NCBI GenBank assembly: GCA_963745075.1
Contig: CAVUWV010000010.1
Coordinates: 416,001 to 480,000, forward strand
Origin: Candidatus Hydrogenedentota bacterium
GTDB taxonomy: Bacteria; Hydrogenedentota; Hydrogenedentia; Hydrogenedentales; SLHB01
DNA length: 64,000 nucleotides
Direction: 5' to 3'
The translations under genes and the position numbers were made by a program. Positions within the stretch are counted from its first letter, which is position 1. Every line of letters begins with the position of its first letter. Positions 28,995 to 38,637 of this stretch are shown piece after piece. The notes under the pieces were generated by a model, which saw nothing but the letters and a program-made list of their open reading frames with translations, searched no databases and was not told where the DNA came from.

Positions 28995-29777
28995 TTGAGT
29001 CACGATCCATTTGTAATAGCGGGACGCGAATTTCGGTCGCGGTTGATGATCGGGACGGGGAAATTCCCGTCCACGGAATCGTTGCGCGCCGCGTTGGACG
29101 CGTCGGACGCGGAAATCGTGACGGTAGCGTTGCGCCGGGCGGACCTGACCAACCCCGCGGGTGACGGTATCCTGTCCGCCATCGATTCGTCGAAGCATCT
29201 GCTGTTGCCGAACACGTCCGGCGCGCGAACCGCCGAGGAAGCGGTGCGGCTGGCGAAGCTGGCGCGTGCGGCCGGGTGCGAACCGTGGGTCAAACTCGAA
29301 TTGACACCCGAGCCGCGCTATCTCCTGCCCGATCCCATCGAGACCTTGCGCGCGGCGGAAATGCTAGTCAAAGATGGGTTCGTGGTCTTGCCCTACATCC
29401 AGGCCGACCCGATCCTCGCGAAACGATTGGAGGAAGCGGGCACGGCCACCGTCATGCCGTTGGGCGCGCCCATCGGCAGCAACCGCGGCGTCAAAACGCG
29501 CGACCTCATCAAGATCATCGTCGAACAAGCCACCGTGCCGGTCGTCGTGGACGCGGGTCTCGGCGCGCCGTCTCACGTGGCTGAGTCGATGGAACTCGGC
29601 GCAGATGCCGTGTTGGTGAACACCGCGCTCGCCGACGCGCGCGATCACGGCGCCATGGCCAAAGCCTTCGCCATGGCCACGGAAGCCGGCCGCATGGCCT
29701 ATGTCGCCGGCCTCGGCCCCGAACGGGACGCGGCCGAAGCGTCCTCGCCGCTCACGGGTTTCCTGGATTCGCTATAA
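28995..29777 (+). CDS. thiG: Thiazole synthase
   Basis: [47 protein letters not shown] start after GGAG. Confidence 0.95.
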   Translation: MSHDPFVIAGREFRSRLMIGTGKFPSTESLRAALDASDAEIVTVALRRADLTNPAGDGILSAIDSSKHLLLPNTSGARTAEEAVRLAKLARAAGCEPWVKLELTPEPRYLLPDPIETLRAAEMLVKDGFVVLPYIQADPILAKRLEEAGTATVMPLGAPIGSNRGVKTRDLIKIIVEQATVPVVVDAGLGAPSHVAESMELGADAVLVNTALADARDHGAMAKAFAMATEAGRMAYVAGLGPERDAAEASSPLTGFLDSL

Positions 29778-29864
29778 GCGCATCCCGAAAGGGTTGATCG
29801 GACGGATCCGTCCGATCGGTCCGCTCCGTCGGATGGGCCAGGTGGCGGACCCAAAACAGAAAGG

Positions 29865-30317
29865 TCACGGCATGGTCTTCTTTGTCTCTTTCCCGTAGCG
29901 GACCAGGAGGGCCTTGACGATCCGCACGGTGTCGGTGGGGGCGGGGCCGAACTCGGGGCGGTCGTCGGGATCGCGGAATTCCTGGTAGCGATCGGTGTTG
30001 GGGACTTCCGACTTGTTGCTGGAGACGTAGACCAGTGCGTCCGCGCCGCGATCCATGGCGGCACGGATCATTTTCTTCTGCATGCGTTCAACGCCGACTT
30101 TGTTGGCCTGGGCCCGCGCGGTCAGCTTTCCGATCACGGTGTAGGGTTGTTCGATGTCTTCGAGCGCGAACAAGACGTCCACCTTGTCGGACGGCGCGAA
30201 GACGTCGCCATCATACTCGAGTGTCGTGCAGGAGCTGCCGTAGACGGCCAGCACTACGCAGGCAAGCGGAGCCCAAGGTGTAACGCGCCACCGATCCGAA
30301 GTCTTCCATGCGCTCAT
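29865..30317 (-). CDS. Putative lipoprotein
   Basis: Hydrophobic stretch ending in a lipobox-like YGSSC; 'YTVIG...A...GADA' pattern seen in YbjQ-like lipoproteins. Confidence 0.6.
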   Translation of the reverse strand: MSAWKTSDRWRVTPWAPLACVVLAVYGSSCTTLEYDGDVFAPSDKVDVLFALEDIEQPYTVIGKLTARAQANKVGVERMQKKMIRAAMDRGADALVYVSSNKSEVPNTDRYQEFRDPDDRPEFGPAPTDTVRIVKALLVRYGKETKKTMP

Positions 30318-30348
30318 TTCAAATACTCCGTTTATTCTCCCATTCACT

Positions 30349-30660
30349 CTAGACCTTGCGCCCGGCGATCGTCACGACGAGTCCGCCCGCGATGGCGACG
30401 GCCGCCGGCCCCAGCAATAGCACCCAGCCCACATAGCGGATGTAGATTGGCGGGATTCGGAGATGGGTACGAAACCTGGAGCTGAAATGCATTTTCGACA
30501 CCAGGTCCGGATACCAGATTAACCAGCACGCAACCATTATATAAACGAGTGCGTAGAACCCGGCCCACGTGTTCTTGGTGCTCGTGAGAGCAAGCCATAC
30601 ATATAACAACCCGATACAAAGCGAGATCATACGCTCTCGTTGTGACGAAGAAGTATTCAT
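30349..30660 (-). CDS. Small membrane protein
   Basis: ATGA overlap with the upstream gene stop; three hydrophobic segments. Confidence 0.55.
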   Translation of the reverse strand: MNTSSSQRERMISLCIGLLYVWLALTSTKNTWAGFYALVYIMVACWLIWYPDLVSKMHFSSRFRTHLRIPPIYIRYVGWVLLLGPAAVAIAGGLVVTIAGRKV

Positions 30661-31595
30661 TTGGCTCCCATGACTTCGGTAACGGGAAAGCGCCCCAGGC
30701 GAACTTCGTTGGTTCGGTTGGGGCGAGCCGCTTCGAAGTAGACGAAGATCTCGTCGCCTACGCGCATCCAGTGCGAGTAGCGCCACGTGTTGTGCAACTC
30801 GCCCGGGGTTGTGCTGACCAGCAGCGGCGCCGCGGGCGTGAGATCGTGAAAGTCTGTCAAGTCCGGCGTGTAGGCCAGGCCGGTGCAGATATTGTAGTTC
30901 GGGTCATACCATCCCAGTGCGGACCCTTCGTACACGAACAGGTATCCCACGGCCATGGGGAGAACGCTCGCGGGCCGGGTATACATGTTGTGCCAACCGC
31001 GGTTCTCGAAAATGGGCAGTGCACCGACCGGCGACCACGATTCACCGTCCGGGCTGACGAAATGATAGGTCCGCTCGATGCGGTCGAGTCCGATAACGAA
31101 CATGTGCCAATCGTTTCGGATGCGCAGGATCACCGGATCCTTGTAGCCCGCGATCTGGATCGTGTCATCGTCTTCCGGGTCGGCCTGCAACACGGGCCGG
31201 GCGGTCGACGCGTCGAAGGCGTCCGGACTCTCGGCGTCGTCGAACCGCATTACCGTCCAGCCTCGATCCAAACTCGCGCAACAATAGAGTCGGTATATGC
31301 CGTCGGCGGGATCCCACAGGAGGGTCGGCCGCTCAAACCCCGGGACCTTGGCATCCTCGCGCGTGAGGTGGGCGATGGGCTCGAAATTCACGCCGTCGGG
31401 ACTTCGGAGGATCCGGATTTCGTATCCGCGATGTCCTTTCGGGGATAGACCCTCCCGCATCCGGGCGGCCATGAAAAAGGCGCCGTCCGGCCCGCGGGTA
31501 ACCGAAGGCGCACCGGCCCACCACTCCGGCGTATCTTCATCCGGTTCCAACACGACCGTGTAGTTCGCCATGGCGGCTACAATCTGCGACAACAT
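30657..31595 (-). CDS. Beta-propeller glycoside hydrolase-like protein (GH43/32/130 clan-like)
   Basis: WAGAPSV, SPDG Asp-box-like repeats, GYKDPVI, TWRYS; AAGGAG RBS. Confidence 0.65.
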   Translation of the reverse strand: MLSQIVAAMANYTVVLEPDEDTPEWWAGAPSVTRGPDGAFFMAARMREGLSPKGHRGYEIRILRSPDGVNFEPIAHLTREDAKVPGFERPTLLWDPADGIYRLYCCASLDRGWTVMRFDDAESPDAFDASTARPVLQADPEDDDTIQIAGYKDPVILRIRNDWHMFVIGLDRIERTYHFVSPDGESWSPVGALPIFENRGWHNMYTRPASVLPMAVGYLFVYEGSALGWYDPNYNICTGLAYTPDLTDFHDLTPAAPLLVSTTPGELHNTWRYSHWMRVGDEIFVYFEAARPNRTNEVRLGRFPVTEVMGAK

Positions 31596-31745
31596 GTACT
31601 GCAACTCCTTGTAAGCGTGTCGGGATCATACCAAATATCCGAACGACCATTCCCGGCTTTCCCCGCCGTGGGATCTGGGTTACAATGGACGGCGTTGAAT
31701 GGTGCCGGATTGCTGAAGCGATGTTCCAACCCCAGGAGGTGATGC

Positions 31746-32738
31746 ATGTCCAGGGATCGAGTGAGTCGCAGAGAATTCATGCGGGATGCCGCCGTACTCA
31801 CGGGAGGTATCGCGGCCGCATCCGGTCCGGCGTTAGCGCAAGCGTCGCCGGAGATAAAGGTTCCAACCTCCGTCCTGGGGCGGACCGGCGTAGAAGTATC
31901 CCGCCTGGGCATTGGATGCGCGCACTTTCAGCGCCCGCAAGTGACGCCGGACGACGTCCACGCGGCGATGCACCGCGGGTTGGAGTGCGGCGTAACGTAT
32001 TTCGACACGGCCCCGAACTATGGCCGGGGCGAACACTTCGCAGAAGTCAAGATGGGCCCCACGGTGAAGGAGATCCGCGACCGAATCTTCCTGGTTTCCA
32101 AGACGGAAGATCCGACGTACGAAGGCACGTGGGATCTCATGCGGCAAAGCATGGACCGCTTGCAGACCGATCATCTCGACATGGTCCACGTGCACAACTT
32201 CGGGCTGGAATCCCGATTTGAAGACCTCGACTTCGTCTTCAGCGACAAGGGAACGTTGGGCGCCTTGCGCGAGGCCAAGAAGCAGGGGGTTATCCGGTTT
32301 ATCGGCGCGAGCGGACACCTCTACCCGTCCCGGTTCGACAAGATACTCGATACCGGCGACGTCGACGTGCTGATGAACGCGGTCAACTTCGTGTGCCGCC
32401 ATGTCTACGACTTCGAGACTAAGGTGTGGGAACGCGCACGCAAAGAGAATATTGGTCTGGTTGCCATGAAGGTACTTGGCGGCGCGTCGGGCGGCGATAA
32501 CACGTTTCGTCTCGCCAAGGAACATTACGAAATCGCCGTTCGCTATTCGTTGTCCATCCCTGGGTGCGCGGTCAGCGTCATTGGGTGTCTTGATGCGAAC
32601 GAGGTCGAAACGGCGGCGCGAACGGTCGCGACGGCCAAGCCGTTTACCGACGAGGAACGAACGCACGTCGCTGCCTTGGGTCAGGAGATGGCGACGAACG
32701 CGTCCTGGAAAGCCCCTTACGGGGAACCCTTGACCTGA
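31746..32738 (+). CDS. Aldo/keto reductase with Tat signal peptide
   Basis: SRREFM twin-arginine motif; LGRTG, YFDTAPNY, RLQTDHLD, AMKVLGG. Confidence 0.9.
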   Translation: MSRDRVSRREFMRDAAVLTGGIAAASGPALAQASPEIKVPTSVLGRTGVEVSRLGIGCAHFQRPQVTPDDVHAAMHRGLECGVTYFDTAPNYGRGEHFAEVKMGPTVKEIRDRIFLVSKTEDPTYEGTWDLMRQSMDRLQTDHLDMVHVHNFGLESRFEDLDFVFSDKGTLGALREAKKQGVIRFIGASGHLYPSRFDKILDTGDVDVLMNAVNFVCRHVYDFETKVWERARKENIGLVAMKVLGGASGGDNTFRLAKEHYEIAVRYSLSIPGCAVSVIGCLDANEVETAARTVATAKPFTDEERTHVAALGQEMATNASWKAPYGEPLT

Positions 32739-32830
32739 CCGGCGCCGGCGATTCTGTACTTCGACCCTGCTGAACGACGGTGGGGAATAGTACCACCTGA
32801 CGCGAGGTTTGCCTGTTTTTGACCTCAGAA

Positions 32831-32859
32831 TTGCGTGTCTTCGCGATCTACTGTATAAT
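32831..32859 (+). promoter_or_regulatory. Putative sigma70 promoter for trxA
   Basis: TTGCGT-17 nt-TATAAT. Confidence 0.5.
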
Positions 32860-33015
32860 CCGGCGTTTGGGCGTGGAGAGGCCGGAAGACATATCTGGAA
32901 ACCACGCAACCGGTTGCAGTATCAAGACATTAGAAACCAATTCGGGCCGGGTGCCCCGTCTTAACCGGAATAGCCGGGCGAGACGTACCGTTAGGCTTGT
33001 TCAGGAGGCGACACG

Positions 33016-33336
33016 ATGAGCAATGCACAGGAATTGACCACCAGCAACTTCGACACGACCGTCCAGGAAGGTGTGACCCTCGTAGACTTCTGGGCCGAGT
33101 GGTGTGCCCCGTGCCGCATGATGACCCCGGTGCTGGACGAGCTGGCGAGCGAATACGACGGCAAAGCGCGCATCGCCAAAATCAACGTCGACAACGAGCC
33201 GGATCTAGCCATGAAGTTCGACGTATCCAGCATCCCGACCCTCATTGTGTTCAAGAACGGCGAACTCTCGAAGCGTTTCGTGGGAGTGACGTCCAAGGAC
33301 GAACTCGTCGAGGCGCTGAACCAGGCAGCGAGTTAA
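33016..33336 (+). CDS. trxA: Thioredoxin
   Basis: VDFWAEWCAPC, SIPTL; AGGAGG RBS. Confidence 0.95.
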   Translation: MSNAQELTTSNFDTTVQEGVTLVDFWAEWCAPCRMMTPVLDELASEYDGKARIAKINVDNEPDLAMKFDVSSIPTLIVFKNGELSKRFVGVTSKDELVEALNQAAS

Positions 33337-33369
33337 TCCGGCGGCGACTTTCCACCCGCAGATCGCACC

Positions 33370-33870
33370 ATGCTCACGAAGCTAATCATTATTGGACTGT
33401 TCGGCGTAGTCGCCTATGCCGTGGCGTACCGCTTTGGCATGGACGGATCGCGCGGCATCCTCCGGGATCCCTTAACCATCGCGTTGCTGGCCATGCTTGT
33501 GGGCTACGGGGTTGTGCGCGCGACAATGGGCCCGCTGGCGGGACCGCTGGTGTGGGCCGCGCCCATCGCGCAAGTCCAGTCAGAAGCGGAGTTGAACCAA
33601 GTGGTGGCCGATGCGGGCGATGAGCCCGTACTCGTGGATTTCTTTGCGCCGTGGTGTGTGCCGTGCCGGGTCTCGGCGTCTGCCGTGAACACGATCGCGT
33701 CCGAAGGGTATCGGGTTGCGGTCGTCAACGTGGACGAAGCAAAGCAACTGGCCTGGAGCTACGAGGTCAGCGCGTTGCCGACCGTTTTGGTGCTGCGCGA
33801 CGGCAAAGTGGTGGCCCGATCGCAAGGGGTTCACACGGCGGAGGGGCTGCGCGCGCTCGTGAAGGGGTAA
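33370..33870 (+). CDS. Membrane-anchored thioredoxin-domain protein
   Basis: Two N-terminal TM segments then VDFFAPWCVPC. Confidence 0.85.
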   Translation: MLTKLIIIGLFGVVAYAVAYRFGMDGSRGILRDPLTIALLAMLVGYGVVRATMGPLAGPLVWAAPIAQVQSEAELNQVVADAGDEPVLVDFFAPWCVPCRVSASAVNTIASEGYRVAVVNVDEAKQLAWSYEVSALPTVLVLRDGKVVARSQGVHTAEGLRALVKG

Positions 33871-34019
33871 GAGCGCGCTCGCCGGCCGTGGGCTTGCGAG
33901 GATCCGCAGACATAACCATCAGTTTTGATTAAGCGTGGGCGTAGTGTATCCGGGCGCCGGATGCGCATAACCGTTTGAGATAAGGGAACCCATCTCGAAC
34001 AGAACGAACGGAGCGAATC

Positions 34020-35024
34020 ATGACACCGAAAGTGGTTGCCGTAGCGGGAGCTACCGGCTTGGTCGGGCGACAAATGCTGCACGTGCTCGAAGAGCGCAAC
34101 TTCCCCGTGAAGTCCATCAAACTGTTGGCTTCCGAACGCTCGAAGGGCAAGACGCTCACGTTCAAAGGTGAAACGATTCCGGTCGAAGTTCTGTCTGAGG
34201 ATTCGTTCAAAGGGGTCGACGTGGCCCTGTTCAGCGCGGGCGGTGGCACCAGCAAGAAGTTTTCGCCCTGCGCCGCGAAGGATGGCTGCGTGGTGGTGGA
34301 CAACTCGAGCGCCTGGCGCATGGATCCGAACGTGCCATTGGTCGTGCCGGAAGTGAACCCCGGCGATATCAAAAAGCACCAGGGCATCATCGCCAATCCG
34401 AATTGCTCCACGATCCAGATGGTGGTGGTATTAAAGCCGCTGCATGACGCCGCGAAGATCATGCGGGTCGTCGTGTCGACTTACCAGGCCGTGTCGGGCG
34501 CCGGCATCAAGGCGTTGGACGAGCTGAAAGAGCAGACCCGCGCCATCCTCGACGGCAAAGAGCCGCAGTGCAGCGTGTTCCCCTATCCCATCGCGTTTAA
34601 CTGTCTGCCCCAAATTCCGCAAAGCGATGCCTTCATCGACAACGGCTATTCGACCGAAGAGATGAAGATGGTCAACGAGACCAAGAAGATCATGGGCGAC
34701 GACAGCATTCGCGTCACCGCGACGACCGTCCGTGTGCCCGTGTTCAGCGGCCACAGCGAATCGGTCAACGTGGAGACCACCAAAAAGCTGACCGCCAACG
34801 AGGCCCGCGAGATTCTGTCCAAAGCGGAAGGCGTCGTGGTCCAGGACGACCTGTCCAAACAGCTTTACCCCCTCGCGCCGAATTCCGTCGGTAAGAGCGA
34901 AACCTTCGTCGGCCGCATCCGCGAGGATCTGTCGCACCCGTCCGCGCTGGACATGTGGATTGTGTCGGACAACCTTCTGAAAGGCGCAGCGCTCAACGCG
35001 GTACAAATCGCCGAGAAGTTGTAA
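34020..35024 (+). CDS. asd: Aspartate-semialdehyde dehydrogenase
   Basis: GATGLVG, DNSSAWRM, ANPNCSTIQ, TYQAVSGAG, DNLLKGAALNAVQIAE. Confidence 0.97.
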   Translation: MTPKVVAVAGATGLVGRQMLHVLEERNFPVKSIKLLASERSKGKTLTFKGETIPVEVLSEDSFKGVDVALFSAGGGTSKKFSPCAAKDGCVVVDNSSAWRMDPNVPLVVPEVNPGDIKKHQGIIANPNCSTIQMVVVLKPLHDAAKIMRVVVSTYQAVSGAGIKALDELKEQTRAILDGKEPQCSVFPYPIAFNCLPQIPQSDAFIDNGYSTEEMKMVNETKKIMGDDSIRVTATTVRVPVFSGHSESVNVETTKKLTANEAREILSKAEGVVVQDDLSKQLYPLAPNSVGKSETFVGRIREDLSHPSALDMWIVSDNLLKGAALNAVQIAEKL

Positions 35025-35046
35025 GCGAGTCGAATCGATTCAAACT

Positions 35047-35091
35047 GGGGAAACCTTTTCTGAGGAAGGGGTTTTCCCCATTTCTTTTTTT
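35047..35091 (+). terminator. Rho-independent terminator after asd
   Basis: ggggaaaacc...ggttttcccc stem followed by a T-rich tract. Confidence 0.8.
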
Positions 35092-35164
35092 GTGACGCGT
35101 TCACGCTGGGCTAGGTTCCTTAGCCCCGTCCGGGGCATATATTGCGAGAATGGGACTTGGATTC

Positions 35165-35246
35165 GTGGCTTGGGCGTCTCGCCCAAGGAGTCTGGTGGGA
35201 TGGCCCGCCAACGCGCAGGGACCTTGGGCAAGGATGCCCAAGCCAC
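35165..35246. repeat. GTGG-class REP doublet
   Basis: gtggcttgggcgtctcgcccaag and inverted cttgggcaaggatgcccaagccac. Confidence 0.75.
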
Positions 35247-35427
35247 CGGATAACAGTTCAGCGTTCCGGACATTTCCCCACTTCGATCTTTCGGAGCTGT
35301 TTCGGATTTCGTGCTTTGGGTTTCGGATTTGGCGACCGCTGTGTCCCGTAGCCTTGGTCTCTTTCCAAACGTTGACCCCGCGTGCGGTCAACCCGCATAC
35401 TGAACGGCGTTGTCAGGGAGAGGACCG

Positions 35428-36882
35428 ATGCGAAGGTTGGTACACGCCATTACCGTCATTATCGTCGTTGCGACGGCGCCGCTGGCTTGGGCCGCGTTTG
35501 ACGAGGATGCGGAAGCGGACCTGCTGGCGGCGTTTGATGCGTTGGGGCAGTCGCAGAACGCCCAGGCCGCGAACGCGGTCGCAGGGTATCTCTCCGATTC
35601 CCGGTACACGACCGCCGATTGGCAGAAGTTGTTCGCCACGTACTTCGACCAGGGTGGCGTGTTTACGCCCAATCACGCCACGTTCTGGAATTGGGCGTTG
35701 GGCAATACGTCCGGCGAGGTGCAGTTGCGCGTGGGACTCATTTCGGGGCTGTGGGCCGCGGAAGCCATCGGCAGCAGCCTCGGGTCGGGATCGGTCGGCG
35801 ATGCCACCGCAATTCAGACCCTCGCGGCCGGGTTCGACTGGCTCGAGACGATCTCTGCGGGCGTGGGCGCGAACGGGCGCAGCGCGATTTTCTCGGCGCT
35901 CGCCGATGCGGTCGGGAACCAGACCATCGCGGCGCTGGCCGAGTCGCCGCGGCGATACCCGGCGTACGTGCAATACGGGCTTACCTTGCGCAAATACGCC
36001 ACCGGGAATCCGGACAGCCGCGAGACCGTGAGCGACATTATGGGGTTCCGGGATGCGACACGGATGTTCTGGCAATCCCGGGGAATTCTCCTTTTCGACA
36101 ATGGTTCGTTGGACGGCGCGCAATTGAACAGCCTGGACCTTCTGCTGACCGTAATCCCGGACAATCTGCACAACATCGGGGCGTTCATCGTGCCCGACGC
36201 GACGGGGGTGGCGGCGGGTACACCGTTTACGACGGACATCCAGATCGTGTTCCTCGATCTGATTCCCACGGGCACGACGACCAGCCCGGAGGAATTCCCC
36301 GAGCGGCTGGGACAGCCCGTGGCATCCCTGTTCACGATCACGACGGCGGCGAGCATCATTCGCGCGGTGCAGGACGTGCAGTTTGCGAAGCGCCCGGAAC
36401 TGCGCGCCCGGCGCGACATCATCCTCGCGAACGCGCGGGGCAAACGGGAACGGTTCCTGCGCCGGTTCCAGATCGTGTCGCCTTCGGCGTACTACAACGA
36501 CCCCGACTTCCTCTTGCCGTCCGTGGCCTATCCCTATTTCATCGATTCCTCGCGGACGTTCGCCATGGGCATGCTCCTGTTCGAACTCGAAAAGCAGGAG
36601 GCCATCGATTCGTTCCTCTTGCTCGCAGACATGCTGTCCGGCGGGTCCAACACGACGGTGCTGTACGCCACGGATCCGTTGGGCCGGATCTCCCACTCGC
36701 GGACGGCCATTTCCCGCATTTTTCTCGGCCAAATCCGGCAGGCCGCACCGGACGACTTCGGCGTGCCCGGCGACTACGTACCCGCGAACATCAGCATCTG
36801 CAACGGCATCGCCATCAATGGCTACACCTTTACCTTCGAACCCGACCCCCAAGGGATCAGCATCCGGGTGAATCGCAGGTAA
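35428..36882 (+). CDS. Secreted hypothetical protein
   Basis: Signal peptide MRRLVHAITVIIVVATAPLAWA; typical codon usage; GGAGAGG RBS. Confidence 0.75.
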   Translation: MRRLVHAITVIIVVATAPLAWAAFDEDAEADLLAAFDALGQSQNAQAANAVAGYLSDSRYTTADWQKLFATYFDQGGVFTPNHATFWNWALGNTSGEVQLRVGLISGLWAAEAIGSSLGSGSVGDATAIQTLAAGFDWLETISAGVGANGRSAIFSALADAVGNQTIAALAESPRRYPAYVQYGLTLRKYATGNPDSRETVSDIMGFRDATRMFWQSRGILLFDNGSLDGAQLNSLDLLLTVIPDNLHNIGAFIVPDATGVAAGTPFTTDIQIVFLDLIPTGTTTSPEEFPERLGQPVASLFTITTAASIIRAVQDVQFAKRPELRARRDIILANARGKRERFLRRFQIVSPSAYYNDPDFLLPSVAYPYFIDSSRTFAMGMLLFELEKQEAIDSFLLLADMLSGGSNTTVLYATDPLGRISHSRTAISRIFLGQIRQAAPDDFGVPGDYVPANISICNGIAINGYTFTFEPDPQGISIRVNRR

Positions 36883-36895
36883 GACGGGGTTTATC

Positions 36896-37324
36896 TTGCG
36901 CAAACGTTACATCTTCGCGACCGTGTGCTACTGTGCCTTTATCTGGTTTCTATCCTCTCAGTCCGACGCCGGGGGCCTTGAATTGCCGTTCACGTTCGAC
37001 GGCATCGACAAAGTCGGACACATGATTCTTTACGGCGGGCTGGCGGCGGTCGTCTCCTTCGGGATTCGGCGGTCGGATCGGACGGCGACACCGTGGGTCC
37101 AGTGCTTTGTGCCGGTCCTGTTCGCTACGCTGTACGGCGTGACGGACGAGATCCACCAGTTATTCGTGCCCATGCGACACTTCGATATTGTCGACATTAT
37201 GGCCGACCTCGCCGGGTCGGCGGCAGTACAGTGCGGTCTCTGCTACCGCTGGTGGCAGGACGCGGGGGCCGCGGAAATGCAGGACGAACGAGTGCACGAT
37301 CCGCAACGCAACGAACAACCATGA
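36896..37324 (+). CDS. VanZ family membrane protein
   Basis: DKVGH, YGVTDEIHQLFVP.R, DIMAD. Confidence 0.9.
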   Translation: MRKRYIFATVCYCAFIWFLSSQSDAGGLELPFTFDGIDKVGHMILYGGLAAVVSFGIRRSDRTATPWVQCFVPVLFATLYGVTDEIHQLFVPMRHFDIVDIMADLAGSAAVQCGLCYRWWQDAGAAEMQDERVHDPQRNEQP

Positions 37325-37338
37325 AGGAGACGAGGGAC

Positions 37339-38475
37339 ATGAAGAGAGGTTTTGTAGTGGTGCTGGCGCTTCTGTTGAGCGCCCCTTTCCTGTACGCACA
37401 GTCGGCGCAGATGGACAGCCTGTACCAGCTCACCGACGCCCAATCACGATCCATCAGCCCCGAGAATTTCACGGGTGAGAAGGGGAAAGGCGGGATGGCC
37501 ACGCTCGAGGAAGGCAGCGCCGCCAGAGCCGCCCGGGAACTGGGCCAGGGATGGAAGGTGAATCCGTACATCAACATCAAGCCCGGCGAAACCTTTACCC
37601 TGGGCGAAATGGACGGACCCGGCATCATCCACCACATCTGGATGACGCCAGTCGGCGATTACCGGCTGATGATCCTGCGCTTCTACTGGGACGGCGAGGA
37701 CAACCCGTCCGTCGAAGTGCCGGTCGGCGATTTCTTTGCCGCCGGTTGGGGGATGCACCACGAGCCGCGGATTACGTCCCTGGCGGTGTGCGTCAACCCG
37801 CGAAGCGGATTCAATTCCTACTGGCAGATGCCCTTCCGGAAGAAGTGCAAGGTGACCATGGAAAACATGGGCGAGAAAGCGGCGAGCGTGTACTACCAGA
37901 TTGACTATTCCTTGCAGAAGGTGGAGAAGAATGCGCCGTATTTCCATGCCCAATTCCGCCGGGTGAACCCGTTGCCGTTCAAAGACGACTACACCATCGT
38001 CGACGGCATCAAGGGGAAGGGCCAGTACGTGGGCACCTATCTCGCCCACGGCGCCAACAGCGAAGGCTGGTGGGGCGAAGGCGAGGCGAAGTTCTATATT
38101 GACGGCGACAAGAAATTCCCCACCATCTGCGGAACCGGCGAAGAGGACTATTTCAACGGTTCCTATGGTTATGATGATCGCGAAGTAGACGGCAAGACCG
38201 TCTATACGAGTTTCACCAGTCCGTACACGGGCTTCTATCATGTGCCCTACGAGGGGGAGCAACGCCGTTTTGGCGAGTACCGCTGGCACATCCTGGATCC
38301 GGTACATTTCGATAAGGACTTGCGCGTGACCATTCAATGTTTGGGCTGGCAGAGCGAGGGTCGGTACCTGCCGTTGCAGGATGACTTAGCCTCGGTGGCG
38401 TACTGGTATCAACTCGAACCCCATAACCCGTTCCCGGCCCTGCCCGCGAAGGAAAACCTCGTGATCAAGTGGTGA
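37339..38475 (+). CDS. DUF2961 / glycoside hydrolase family 172 protein
   Basis: RSISPENFTGEKG, VPVGDFF, WWGEGE, GTGEEDYF, YRWHILDP. Confidence 0.9.
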   Translation: MKRGFVVVLALLLSAPFLYAQSAQMDSLYQLTDAQSRSISPENFTGEKGKGGMATLEEGSAARAARELGQGWKVNPYINIKPGETFTLGEMDGPGIIHHIWMTPVGDYRLMILRFYWDGEDNPSVEVPVGDFFAAGWGMHHEPRITSLAVCVNPRSGFNSYWQMPFRKKCKVTMENMGEKAASVYYQIDYSLQKVEKNAPYFHAQFRRVNPLPFKDDYTIVDGIKGKGQYVGTYLAHGANSEGWWGEGEAKFYIDGDKKFPTICGTGEEDYFNGSYGYDDREVDGKTVYTSFTSPYTGFYHVPYEGEQRRFGEYRWHILDPVHFDKDLRVTIQCLGWQSEGRYLPLQDDLASVAYWYQLEPHNPFPALPAKENLVIKW

Positions 38476-38509
38476 CCCCGGGCCGGCAACCTCGTACGCG
38501 CTAAAACCC

Positions 38510-38547
38510 ATGGGACCTATAGGTCGTATAGGACGTATAGGTCCCAT
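38510..38547. repeat. Palindromic 9-mer tandem repeat
   Basis: atgggacct-ataggtcgt-ataggacgt-ataggtccc-at with complementary ends; similar 9-mer runs at ~18101-18127 and ~29797-29836. Confidence 0.6.
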
Positions 38548-38637
38548 TTTTGAATTCAGGGAACCCGGATCGTCTTCCGGGGATAAGAAGTAGAGCACCT
38601 TTGTCCACGTGACCGCAGCATGGTACGATCTTCGATT

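Noticed and set aside
35413..37025. Alternative long ORFs (496 aa minus, 468 aa plus) over the secreted protein gene
   Set aside because: Arg/Gly-rich shadow frames; only the 35428 frame has an RBS, signal peptide and normal codon usage
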